A DNA stretch of 64,000 bases from IMG/VR virus record IMGVR_UViG_2593339134_000001, one strand, 5' to 3'. Below are positions 18,812 to 28,800 of the stretch, piece by piece; positions within the stretch are counted from its first letter, which is position 1, and each line of letters opens with the position of its first letter. Source of the stretch: a virus (Duplodnaviria > Caudoviricetes). The translations under genes and the position numbers were made by a program. A model generated the notes under the pieces. That model was not told the DNA's origin and did no database searches. It saw nothing but the letters and a program-made list of their open reading frames with translations.

Positions 18812-20197
18812 TTACTTTTCAAGTAATTGTCTGCAGATATAACCAATCACATTGGTCAATTCGTTTTCAAATGGTCTAGTAACGTCGTCATGTCCTGTTT
18901 TGGCATGAACCAATTCATGGATCAATGTGCCGGCATAATCTGAAATTGTTTTCAGATTTTTTCGATCAATGACAATTGAATATGAATTTTCATCCCAGCA
19001 TCCAAGCGTTTCAACCCCAGAAAATAAATCTCTTCTCATCGTAGATGAGATTTTTATCTCCCTGACTTTTTTAGGCTTTCCACCGAAAATGTCAATTATT
19101 TTTTGAGTGTGTTGGTAGACAATTTTTTCTTTTTCGCTAAGATTTTCGAAATCGATAAAGTTGAATGTAAAGCTGTCGTTGTAATTTGAAATAAATTGCC
19201 CAATATCGACTATGGGATTCCCTGATAAATCTCTTGAGTCTTGAATTTTTAGCTTTAGATTTTCTGGTATCGTAATAATTTCATGACCACTATTTCTTGC
19301 TTGGTCAATCATGTCGGGATGCTGCATCGCCTCAAAAGAGGTTATAAAAAGATATTTCCCTTCTTGATTTAAGATTTTTACAGAATGTTCTTGAACATCA
19401 ATCCAACTCAACTCATCGTGGGCCGTTCCTGCGCTGATATTTGTCAAATCATTTGCGAGTATCTCAACAACTTCCTTTTTTGTGGATGACAATAATATTT
19501 TTTTAATTGAATCCGTATATGCGGTGCGTCCAACATTTGTCCGCTCTCTGTTCAGGGCTTTTTTAATTGAAGCATTTAATGTTGTAATGTTGTAGCTAAA
19601 TAAAAAATTTTCCTCTTCGGCAACTTTTACGCCATTTATATAAATATTTCCATGGCCTTTGCTGTGCTTAACGATCTGTCCTTGCTTTGTTGTTTCAATT
19701 ATTTCTTCACCTGAGAACTTTAAAAAAAGCTTTTTTGCGTCATCAATATCTTTGTCAGTAACTCCATTTAATTCAATTTCTGTACCCACAAGGTCGGGAT
19801 CGACCGCATCCTCAATTATTGCATGTAAAGTAACAATATCTTGGAATCCTTGTTTTTGTGATTTTGCAATTGTGATTCTACCATATTTTGATTTAGCGCT
19901 TACTATAATCTCCCTTCTATCAAAAGTTGCTAAAGCATCTTTTAAACCGATTCCAAACTTTCCAATTACGTTCGTACTAGCTAATTTCTCTTCGTTTTCA
20001 TTCTGAGTAAGGTGAGTATATTTTATGCCGCGCCCGAAGTCACGAATTATCCAAGAGTTTCCGCGCTTAAATATTTCTACATCCTTTGTTTTTGTCAAAA
20101 TCTGCTCATCAAGCGCATTAGCAATTATTTCTCTAATTGCATGATACGTTTCCCAATTTTCAAGAATTCTTTCAATATTCAAATCAAATTTTTTCAT
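18812..20197 (-). CDS. GHKL (HATPase_c-like) ATPase fused to an HExxH metallopeptidase-like domain
   Basis: 'REIIANALD', 'DFGRGI', 'IGKFGIGLK', 'GTEI'; C-terminal 'LIHELVH'; strongly AT-rich. Confidence 0.85.
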   Translation of the reverse strand: MKKFDLNIERILENWETYHAIREIIANALDEQILTKTKDVEIFKRGNSWIIRDFGRGIKYTHLTQNENEEKLASTNVIGKFGIGLKDALATFDRREIIVSAKSKYGRITIAKSQKQGFQDIVTLHAIIEDAVDPDLVGTEIELNGVTDKDIDDAKKLFLKFSGEEIIETTKQGQIVKHSKGHGNIYINGVKVAEEENFLFSYNITTLNASIKKALNRERTNVGRTAYTDSIKKILLSSTKKEVVEILANDLTNISAGTAHDELSWIDVQEHSVKILNQEGKYLFITSFEAMQHPDMIDQARNSGHEIITIPENLKLKIQDSRDLSGNPIVDIGQFISNYNDSFTFNFIDFENLSEKEKIVYQHTQKIIDIFGGKPKKVREIKISSTMRRDLFSGVETLGCWDENSYSIVIDRKNLKTISDYAGTLIHELVHAKTGHDDVTRPFENELTNVIGYICRQLLEK

Positions 20198-20466
20198 GTG
20201 TCTGCTCCTTGTTTTTGACGCATATTCTTGGAAACAGGGTATTACATGCCATCGTCCGCCCCATGTGGATAACTGGTGTTATGGCAAACCCAGCACTGGG
20301 TGCTGGACATCCTACACCCGTTCAACAATCCCAACAACTGTCGTCCATCGTATGGCGCACCCAAAACACAACCACCGTCACGAATCCAGGGCCGAAGCCC
20401 CGTTCCTGACCTCCAGGACAGGCGAGATCGCCGACACTGGAACCTCCACTGCCCGGATGAAGCCAT

Positions 20467-20865
20467 TCAGTTCAAAGCCCTATTCCCTACGCTGAGTAGC
20501 GTGTAAAACACGAAATAACCAAGCATTGAGAGAATGAAGAAGGCCGGGATCGTGGCAATCGCCCACTTCACCATCAGGAAAACCATGTCCCAAAATGGAA
20601 TGTCCACGCCAACAAGCACCACATCATTGGCGTTTAGCGGCCTTAGTTGAGTGTTGATTTTGATTGTAGATGATCCCCTTTCTTGGGTGGTTTCCGTATC
20701 CGGCGATTTGCCGCCTTTTGCAAGGGTGACCAATAGCGCCAGAATAACCAAAACTATAAAAATGACCAAGCCGAGCAATGGATTTGCGTGGGATTCGCCT
20801 GTATAGCCATACGAATAAGCCGGGGCTAGCAAAGACGCGATTATAAAAGCGGGATATGTTTTCAC
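20467..20865 (-). CDS. Membrane protein
   Basis: GTG 20865 with AGGAAGG RBS; signal-like N-terminus plus two hydrophobic segments. Confidence 0.6.
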   Translation of the reverse strand: MKTYPAFIIASLLAPAYSYGYTGESHANPLLGLVIFIVLVILALLVTLAKGGKSPDTETTQERGSSTIKINTQLRPLNANDVVLVGVDIPFWDMVFLMVKWAIATIPAFFILSMLGYFVFYTLLSVGNRALN

Positions 20866-21037
20866 GGCGAGCCTTCCTATGTTCGATGTGTCTTTGAATC
20901 CTAGTCGATACAGCGGACTGGTCAAGCCATAGGGACCACTTCCAGGAATAGTCACCAGCCCAACCGCGCCCTGGCGACTATTTGGACGAATAATCACCAG
21001 CCAGTGGTAGGTTCCCGCCGCATGATGCGCCGGCCCC

Positions 21038-21054
21038 GGTCGTGACTTCAAAAT
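21038..21054 (+). promoter_or_regulatory. Putative late promoter 1
   Basis: GGTCGTGAC-tt-CAAAAT; motif starts 47 nt before ATG 21085. Confidence 0.8.
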
Positions 21055-21084
21055 CCCGGCCATCTATCCAGCCGCGCCACGCCC

Positions 21085-24000
21085 ATGCTCTACCTGCTGT
21101 TCACGCCCGCCGACCTCCTGAAGGCCGAACAACTCGGCCTCTTCGACATGCCCACCCAGGTCCGCGCCCACACCCGCAAGGACGGCGCGGTCGTCGCGCC
21201 GCACATCCGCTTGCAGAAAAAGCGCCTGCATCCGCAAGGCGGACAGCACGACCTATTCGGCCACGCCGAGCCCAGGACCGAGGCCCACAAACTGGGGCGG
21301 CTGGGCCAGTTCGTCCACAAGCACGGCGGCTATCGGCGGCTGCTGTCGATCCTGGCGGGCCTGCCCGAGCCGCAGCGCGACAAGCTCCACGAGAGCATGG
21401 CCGAGGTGGCCCGCAAGCCGGTGGCGATGGTGCGGGAGTTTTTGGCGTTGGGGGCGAAGCATGAGGCACCGGCGAAGGGTGGGACGGCGCTGACCGGCGA
21501 GGAGGTGGCGGGGGAGGTCAGCCCGCACGATGCGCCCAGCCGGGGCGAGGTTGGCCCAAGCGAAGGCGACACGAAGGAAGAAAACGGCCATCGCTACGTC
21601 CTGCGCGATAGCCGGTGGCATCGAATCAATGAGGAATCTACGGATGAAAATACTGGACCTACCCAGGGTGATGAAGAACAAGGTGCATCGGCTGGTGCGG
21701 GCGGAACTGCGGACGAGGTCTCTGGCGTTCCATCGGAGGGTGGCGCGGGCGCAGAACCGGAAAGCACTGAACCAGCGCATGACCCAGTGGCCCACGCCGA
21801 GGCCAAGCAAGACCTTGCCGACGAACTCCTGACCAACCCCGACAGCGAACGGGCGGCGGAGTTGGCGCGGAAGGTGGCGGACGGCTTCAAGGCCGGCCAA
21901 CTGGAAAAGTTGCGGACCAAGATCGAGGAGATGGGCGGCAAGGCCAAGGTGGCCGAAGCCATCAAGCACGAAATCGGCAAGTCCGGCGGGTTGGATGCAG
22001 GCGGCGTCAAAAGCCGCGCGGTCGCCCTGGTCGATGGGCTGGCAACCTCCCTCAACCTGTCGCGCGATGAGGTGTTGGCCGAACTCGGCCTGAAGGAGGT
22101 CCGGCGCAAGGCCCGCGCCACCCCCCAGAAGCCCAAGAACACCTTGGAAACCGGCGGCGACTTTTCCGACGACGATCCCAATTCGCCCAACTATCGTTTC
22201 CGCGATACCGGCTACATCGGCGGCAGCCGCAAAGAACTGGCCGCCCAGATGATCCGGCAGGCGGGTCGCGAGGGACGGCAACTCCGCGCCACCGATATTG
22301 ATTGGCAGGAGATCGAACAAAACCCCCGCGAGGCCAAGGAACTCATCACCAAGAGCAACCTGTTCGGCGCCGTCGATTGGGATGCGCTCAAGGCGGGTGG
22401 CATGGAACCGGGGGCCGGGTTCCTTGTGGACCGCGTTTATGCCAGCCTTGCGCCCGAACCCCCCGAAGACAGCGCCCAGGCCCGGCGGGATTATGCCGTC
22501 GGCCTGGAAAGCCTCCGTACCCGCCTTGAAGCCTGCAAAACCCCCGACGAGGTGACGGATGCCCTCAACACCCTGCGCGACGAATACGAGGGTGCGATCC
22601 TGAATGCCCAGGAAGCGGCGGACTACCAGAAGGCGCAGGGGATTTACCGGGGGATCGCCGACCGGCGATGGGCGCTTTCCAAAGAGCGCGATGCGCTGGT
22701 GCAGGCCATGATCAACCCCGGCCACGAGGCCAGCGCCCTGGGGTATAAGCAACAACGCCGATTGGATAAGGGATGGAAGGCCGACCCGGCCTTGGAGGGG
22801 CAAATCCGCCAACTCAAGGCCGCTGCCGAGCAAGCGCGGGCCGACCTGGAAGAGTGGGATGCCCGGCACCCCGAGGTGGCGAAGGGCCGCACCGACAGCC
22901 CGATGGCGCAGGCCGTGGGCCAAGCCTACGGTGTGATGCGCTCCATCGTCGAAAAGGCCAAGGCCCGCAACCAAGAGGAGAACCCGGTCCATCGCGCTTG
23001 GAAACTCATGGGGCCGCGATTCCTGGGCATCCTCAACTACCGGCGGCGCGAGGGGTCGGACGCTTTCCGCGAACACCTGGCCGCAGCCAAAATCGGCAAG
23101 ATCGAGGATTGGTCCTGGGCCGAAAAGGAGCGCAAGACGGTCGATGCGCCCAAAGCCACGAAGGGCCAAGTCCGGTTTCAATTGCAAGTCGCCGAAACCT
23201 TCGAGCGCAAGGGCGGCCAGCCGGTCAAGGTGGCTTCCACGGCGGCGCTCAAGGCGATGTTCGGCCTGCGTGACGTGCAGTCCGGCAACTGGGTGCTGTC
23301 CGACCCGGCTGCGGCGGCATTCCACGTCCAGAAATCGGCGGAGGCATTGTCCGACTTGGCCGACCTGTTGGACGTGGAACCCGGCCAGATCGCGATGAAT
23401 GGTCGCGTGGCCCTGGCCTTCGGGGCGCGTGGGCGCGGCGCGGCTGGCGGCATGGCGGCCAGGGCGCATTATGAGCCTGTCCACCGCACCATCAACCTCA
23501 CGAAGCTGGGGGGCGGCGGCTCGCTGGGGCATGAGCTTTTCCATGCCATCGACAACCTCATCGGTGAAGTTGAAACCGGGCAAGCCAGCAGCAAGGACGT
23601 ATATGCCAGCGAAGACCCCGCGCTACTGCCAGAGGGGGAGTTGCGCGATGCCATGATCGCATTCCGCCGCGCCATGCTGGACGGCCCCCACCGGCTGGGC
23701 GAGAAGATCAGGTACACCGACAAGGACGTGAAGACGGCACGCTACAACATCGACCGATCCATCACGCGGGGCGTGGCCGGGATCATCAAGGCCGCGGGCG
23801 ATATCCATGCCGCCGTGCGGGCGGTGGATGCCCATTTCGCCGGACGCACGGACAAGATGTCCGAGAAGAACCGCAAGGACTGGCGCAAGATGGCCGCCGC
23901 CTATTACGACGCCAAGCCCGCCGGAGGGGAAGCCCTGGTCGAGTCCGGGCCGACCCTGTCCGCGTTCGCCTTCGAGGCCTCCAAACTCGACAGCGACGAC

Positions 24001-24264
24001 CACGGCAAATATTGGAGCAAGCCCCGCGAAATGGCGGCCAGGGCGTTCCAAGCGTGGTGCGAAGACCGGTTGGCGGGGCAAGGGCGGCGCAACGATTACT
24101 TGTCTTCGATGGCCGACAACCGCTACTACCGTCTATTGGATCAAAAACCCTTCCCCGAAGGCGAGGAACGCGACCGTATCAACATGGCGCTGGATGGCTT
24201 GGTGGTGGCGCTGCGGAAGGCCGGGACGCTGGCGAAGGCGTTTGGGCTGCTGAAAGCCGCCTAG
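21085..24264 (+). CDS. Large polyvalent protein with HExxH motif and C-terminal LPD1-like domain
   Basis: 'GSLGHELFHAID'; 'YWS.P.EM.ARAF..W....L......NDYL...PFP.GEER..IN'. Confidence 0.8.
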   Translation: MLYLLFTPADLLKAEQLGLFDMPTQVRAHTRKDGAVVAPHIRLQKKRLHPQGGQHDLFGHAEPRTEAHKLGRLGQFVHKHGGYRRLLSILAGLPEPQRDKLHESMAEVARKPVAMVREFLALGAKHEAPAKGGTALTGEEVAGEVSPHDAPSRGEVGPSEGDTKEENGHRYVLRDSRWHRINEESTDENTGPTQGDEEQGASAGAGGTADEVSGVPSEGGAGAEPESTEPAHDPVAHAEAKQDLADELLTNPDSERAAELARKVADGFKAGQLEKLRTKIEEMGGKAKVAEAIKHEIGKSGGLDAGGVKSRAVALVDGLATSLNLSRDEVLAELGLKEVRRKARATPQKPKNTLETGGDFSDDDPNSPNYRFRDTGYIGGSRKELAAQMIRQAGREGRQLRATDIDWQEIEQNPREAKELITKSNLFGAVDWDALKAGGMEPGAGFLVDRVYASLAPEPPEDSAQARRDYAVGLESLRTRLEACKTPDEVTDALNTLRDEYEGAILNAQEAADYQKAQGIYRGIADRRWALSKERDALVQAMINPGHEASALGYKQQRRLDKGWKADPALEGQIRQLKAAAEQARADLEEWDARHPEVAKGRTDSPMAQAVGQAYGVMRSIVEKAKARNQEENPVHRAWKLMGPRFLGILNYRRREGSDAFREHLAAAKIGKIEDWSWAEKERKTVDAPKATKGQVRFQLQVAETFERKGGQPVKVASTAALKAMFGLRDVQSGNWVLSDPAAAAFHVQKSAEALSDLADLLDVEPGQIAMNGRVALAFGARGRGAAGGMAARAHYEPVHRTINLTKLGGGGSLGHELFHAIDNLIGEVETGQASSKDVYASEDPALLPEGELRDAMIAFRRAMLDGPHRLGEKIRYTDKDVKTARYNIDRSITRGVAGIIKAAGDIHAAVRAVDAHFAGRTDKMSEKNRKDWRKMAAAYYDAKPAGGEALVESGPTLSAFAFEASKLDSDDHGKYWSKPREMAARAFQAWCEDRLAGQGRRNDYLSSMADNRYYRLLDQKPFPEGEERDRINMALDGLVVALRKAGTLAKAFGLLKAA

Positions 24265-24266
24265 CG

Positions 24267-24283
24267 GGTCGTGACATTACGCT
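24267..24283 (+). promoter_or_regulatory. Putative late promoter 2
   Basis: GGTCGTGAC-at-TACGCT; 47 nt before ATG 24314. Confidence 0.8.
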
Positions 24284-24313
24284 GGCTCCAATTTCGCACG
24301 GGAGACCCTTCCA

Positions 24314-24772
24314 ATGTCCGACTCGCCACGGGATAACGCTCCGCTGACCGGGGGGCTCAAGTTCGCCGCCAAGTTCGTGGCCGGTGTGATGCACCTACGG
24401 GCCCTCTGCCAATTCGAGGGCGTGGACGGCATGGCCGACGTGTCGGCTGATAATCCGTTGCCGGTGGCGCTGATGGGCGGCGGCAGTATTGCCGTTTCGG
24501 GCACGTCTGCCTCCATGCCCGCCGTGGTCGATGTGTCCGGCTCGCCCGGCCCGGTCACAGTCACGGTGATTCCCGGCGCGGGCAACACCAGCAAGGCCGA
24601 ATATTCGACCACGCCGGGCGCGGCCACCCACCCCGGTGCCGCGAACTGGCAGGCGTGGCCCCCCGGCACCGTCTCCGTCATCGCCACCGATGTCTTCCTG
24701 GGGCGGCTGGCGGCGCTGCGCTTCACCCGCGTCACCGGGTCCGCCACCGACACCTACGAGGTGCTGGCATGA
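24314..24772 (+). CDS. Putative virion protein
   Basis: GGAG RBS, downstream of the late promoter motif, beta-rich. Confidence 0.65.
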   Translation: MSDSPRDNAPLTGGLKFAAKFVAGVMHLRALCQFEGVDGMADVSADNPLPVALMGGGSIAVSGTSASMPAVVDVSGSPGPVTVTVIPGAGNTSKAEYSTTPGAATHPGAANWQAWPPGTVSVIATDVFLGRLAALRFTRVTGSATDTYEVLA

Positions 24773-25410
24773 ACGGGTGGGCTTCCAGGATGGCGGCGCT
24801 ACCCGCCTTCGCGTGGGCCGCCCGGCCATCGGCCCAGTCCTACGCGGGCCGGATGATCCGCGTCACCGATTACGGCGTGGGCCACGGCTCACTGTGGTTC
24901 TCCGATGGCTCCGCTTGGCGATTGGTCGGCCCCACGGAGGTCTACAACACCACGACCGATTTCGTCGGCACCTACGCCGGGGCCACGCTGGTGGCCCAGG
25001 CCATGTTCCCGGCGGGTCTGTTGCGGGTGGGCGATGTGCTGGCGTTGGTCATCCGCACGCTGAAATCGGGGACCGCCGATGCGTTCGCCCGGAATATCCG
25101 GTTCGGCGGCACCGGGGATATAGGCGTCGATAGCAGCGTGTTCTCGTTGGGGTATGGGTCCACCAATACCCACACCGCCGAGAATCCACGCCTCAAGATC
25201 GTTTCGGCCACGTCGATCCGGGTCACGACCATCGGCTCGACCACTTCGTTCAGCGGCGGCACGTCCGCCGTCGGCGCGACCGATACCACGATCCCGGACA
25301 TCGCCGCGAACAATAGCTACCTCAGTATCACCTTCAACAAGAACGCCGGGTCGGCGGGGGAAACCCTCACCACCAAGGAATTGACGATCATCCACCATCC
25401 CGGACCCTAG
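24769..25410 (+). CDS. Putative virion fibre/receptor-binding-like protein
   Basis: ATGA coupling; 'LWFSDGSAWR' fibre-like motif; Thr/Ser-rich beta C-terminus. Confidence 0.6.
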   Translation: MNGWASRMAALPAFAWAARPSAQSYAGRMIRVTDYGVGHGSLWFSDGSAWRLVGPTEVYNTTTDFVGTYAGATLVAQAMFPAGLLRVGDVLALVIRTLKSGTADAFARNIRFGGTGDIGVDSSVFSLGYGSTNTHTAENPRLKIVSATSIRVTTIGSTTSFSGGTSAVGATDTTIPDIAANNSYLSITFNKNAGSAGETLTTKELTIIHHPGP

Positions 25411-25415
25411 TCGCC

Positions 25416-25769
25416 ATGCAAAACGTCAAGACCCTCCAAGCCCGCGACGCCCTCAAGCCGGTCCTGGCCGTCCACGTGGAGGCCGATGATTCCTGGGATT
25501 GCTACTTGCATGGGGATGAATTGCCACCGGTGGCCGCGCCGATCCCTATCGCGGCCTGCTCGTCTTGGCAGTTGCGCCGGTATCTCAACCAGAGTGGGTT
25601 GAGGAACGCGGTGGATGCCTATATGGCGTCGGCGGACCAAGACACCCAGGATGGCTGGGCGACCGCTTCGGTGTTCCTCAGCACCGATCCTTTTGTCGCG
25701 GCGGCGGCTGGCGCCCTCGGTCTCGACCCCTACGCCATCATCGGCGCCGCCTCGGAAATGGTGGGTTGA
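25416..25769 (+). CDS. Tail-fibre-assembly-like protein
   Basis: 'S.WQLR..L...GL...V..........W..A..F...DPFV......LGL' pattern common downstream of fibre genes. Confidence 0.6.
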   Translation: MQNVKTLQARDALKPVLAVHVEADDSWDCYLHGDELPPVAAPIPIAACSSWQLRRYLNQSGLRNAVDAYMASADQDTQDGWATASVFLSTDPFVAAAAGALGLDPYAIIGAASEMVG

Positions 25770-25782
25770 GCATCGCGTCCCC

Positions 25783-25799
25783 GGTCGTGACTTGAAAAT
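25783..25799 (+). promoter_or_regulatory. Putative late promoter 3
   Basis: GGTCGTGAC-tt-GAAAAT; 47 nt before ATG 25830. Confidence 0.8.
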
Positions 25800-25829
25800 G
25801 CGGGCGGTTTCCCACGGACTGCCCGCGCC

Positions 25830-28800
25830 ATGCCTTCTATCATCCTGGTCTTCCCCTCCGGCAACCGCTATCCCATCCCGCCCGGGCATTACCGCTTCGA
25901 TGACGCCCTGGCCAAGAGCCACGGGGCGGCCCCTGCCGGAAGCCGCTGGATCACGGTCCATCCCAACGGCCACGAAGAAAAGGGCGTCCCGGTCCTGGTC
26001 CAGGAACACAAACCCGGCTCCGGCGTGTACCACGTCATCGGCGGCGCGGGCGGCAAGCTCAACCACCTGCGCTTGCGCGGCCTGAAGCCCCAATCCGATT
26101 ACAAGCAGCACGCCCGCGAACGCCTGAAGGAAAAGCAACTCGTCGCCAAGCAACAGCGCAAACGCGACCAGGAAAGCGGCATGGCCGAGGCCAAGAAAGC
26201 GGCCAAGGCCGGTGTCCTGGACCGCAAGCGACAGAAGCAGGGCGAGTTCATCAATACCGTGGCCCAGGCCATGGGCTGGAAGGACCACGAGTTCAACGAA
26301 GCCGACCATGCCGACCTACCCGAGGCCGCGCAGAAGCAGGCCCGCGAACAGCATCACCGGGAAATGCTCAAGCGCGCCCACGAAGCCGTGAACCTGCAAC
26401 GCGACCGGCTGGTATCGGATCAGGAGGCCCGCGCCGAGGCCGGTCTGGGCGGTGTGCCGCTGACCACCGAGGACCCCGACAAACTATCCGTCGCCGACAT
26501 CGACCCGGTGAAGCCCGAGGGCGCGGGGGGACTGGGTTATTCCACCGATTTCAAGGCCCGCGCCGAGACCATGGGGGCGACCGACGAAGCCGTAAAGACC
26601 GAGGCCGCCCAGGTCAAGGCCGAACGGGAAGCCGGGAAGCCCAGGAAGGCGGAAGGGGAGGGTGGTGGTAAGAAAACCGCCGCCGGTGAAGGTGGGGGTA
26701 CCGCCAAACCCAAGGGGACCGCCGGGAAGATCGCCCAGGCGTTGGAAACCCTCCGCGAGGAACCCGCCACGGCGCCCTTGAAGAAACTGGTGGACGCCAA
26801 GACCGCCGTGAAGCTGATGAAGGCGCAGAAGGCGCTCAAACTCACGGAAAAAGCCGCGGTCGACGCCAACAAGGACATTGATAAATCCGACCGCATCAAG
26901 GCGTACAACCTTGAAGTGTCCGCCGATGATCCCGACCTGGATACCAAGGTCGCCGAAGACTTGGAAAACAACCTGCGCACCGCCGCCACCCGTTCATTCT
27001 TGGCGGAAGTCGCCGACAAGGACGAACAACAACTCCGGCGGCATATCGGTGTCGGCGCGTTCAACTCGATCAATTCCCTGGCCTTGGCCGCCGGGGGCGA
27101 TGCGCTGGTGGACCGCTCCGTGGTGGATGTGCTGGGCATCGCGGGCGCGGCGCAAGTCCTGGCCCGGCGGCTGCACGCCGATATGTCCAAGGCGGAAATC
27201 GAACAACTACAACAAGGCTTTGAGGATTGGCACGTAAACCATTACATGGAGACCTCCCAGGCCGTGCTGGACCAAGCCAAGGAACTACAAAAGCGGGCGG
27301 CGGAAATGGCGCTGGACGAGGCCCACGACGGCCACGACCTCGCCGCCGGGAAGGAAGTTATGCGGCGCAAGCTGGCCGCCCTGGCGGAATCCGACAAAAT
27401 CCTCGGCACCGCCCTGGGCGAGATGGAGGCCAACGCCGCGTTGGTCATGGCGCTGCGGCAGGGCAGGACCGATAAACCAGTCGAGGTGCCCCTGGGCGGC
27501 ATCGGTGACGAGGACGCCATCCGGCAGGTCCGCGCCATCGGCTTGAAGCCCGGCGACTACAGCCTCGACCGGATCGGCACCAACACGGTGTTGACGGTGA
27601 CGCCGGCGGGGCTGGACCGGCTGGCGAAGCCCATGGCCCGCGACGAGTTGACCCGCGTGCGCCGGAACCTGGACATCATCGAGGGCAAGCACGACGAGGA
27701 CGACTGGCTCCCGATGGGCGTGGCGAACCGGCCCGACCTCGGGATGCCGGATTTGAAACCGGGCATCGCGCCCACCCTGGCGGAACCCTTCCGGCCCGGC
27801 CCGGACCTTGCGCGGTCCATGCGCGACTATATCGGCGGGCGGATCGCGGATGGCGACAGCCCGGCGGACATCCTGGCGGACCTGCAATCGCAACCGATGA
27901 TCGACAAGGCCGGGGCCGACCGTTACCGCGACTACATGGCGGCGCTGGATGCGGTGATGCCGCTCAAAGACCCGAAGACCGGCAAACTCCGGCCCGTGGA
28001 AGCACTCAAGCCGGAACTCGAAAAGATGGCCGACGAGTTCACGGCGTCGCGCCATGGCGGCACCCTGGCCCCACTGCACCGGCAACGGTTCGAGGTGGAC
28101 CAGAAGGCGGTGGATGCACTGCATCGGGCATTGGCCGCGCACCCCGAAGGCGTGGCCGCCTACAAGTCCATCGGGGAACTGACGAACCAAGATCAGCGGG
28201 CGCTACGGGAATTCTTCCATGCCAACATCGCCAAGGAGGACGTGGACGCGGCGGACCTGCGGCACCGGTTGGAGCGAGTCCAGGGCGAGGAACCCGAGAA
28301 GGAAGTCGAGGATATGTTCGGGGAGGTTTCCGAGAACCCCGATTGGCGGGAATGGAAAGCGCACCGGGACCAACTCGCCGAAAAGGTCAACGCCGCTTCG
28401 TTGACTTGGGACAAGTACGCCAAGATGATGCGCGGCCACACCCACGCCTACGCCTCGATCCAGGATTTGATCCGGTCGAACGTCGCGCAGAAGTTCGCCG
28501 AGGAACACAACCGCCTGCGCCCCGACGCGCCGCTCAAACTGGGTCGGGAGGTGATCCGCGGCAACCTGAACCACCTGGACGCCGTGGACCCCAAGGCCCG
28601 CGACGAACGGCTGGCGAAGGAACGCGCCCTGGTGGATTCCCTGCGGAACCGCGAGGGCGGCAAATACGCGGCGGGGTCGGTGGCCGACAAGCTGGATGCG
28701 GCGCGGGAACGGCAGGAGGCGTTCGGACAGGCGCAAATCGGCCTGTTCGGCGGGGAGGACGACCTGTTCGGCGATACTTCGCCCGCGATGAAGGCGAAAC

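Noticed and set aside
21253-23583. Long antisense ORF (776 aa) and many similar shadow ORFs such as 7764-9395, 12643-14253 and 32396-33868
   Set aside because: Mirror frames of GC-rich genes with recognisable products on the other strand; no motifs of their own
25222-25230. Extra GGTCGTGAC on the minus strand
   Set aside because: Intragenic, antisense, with no nAnnnT hexamer at the right spacing
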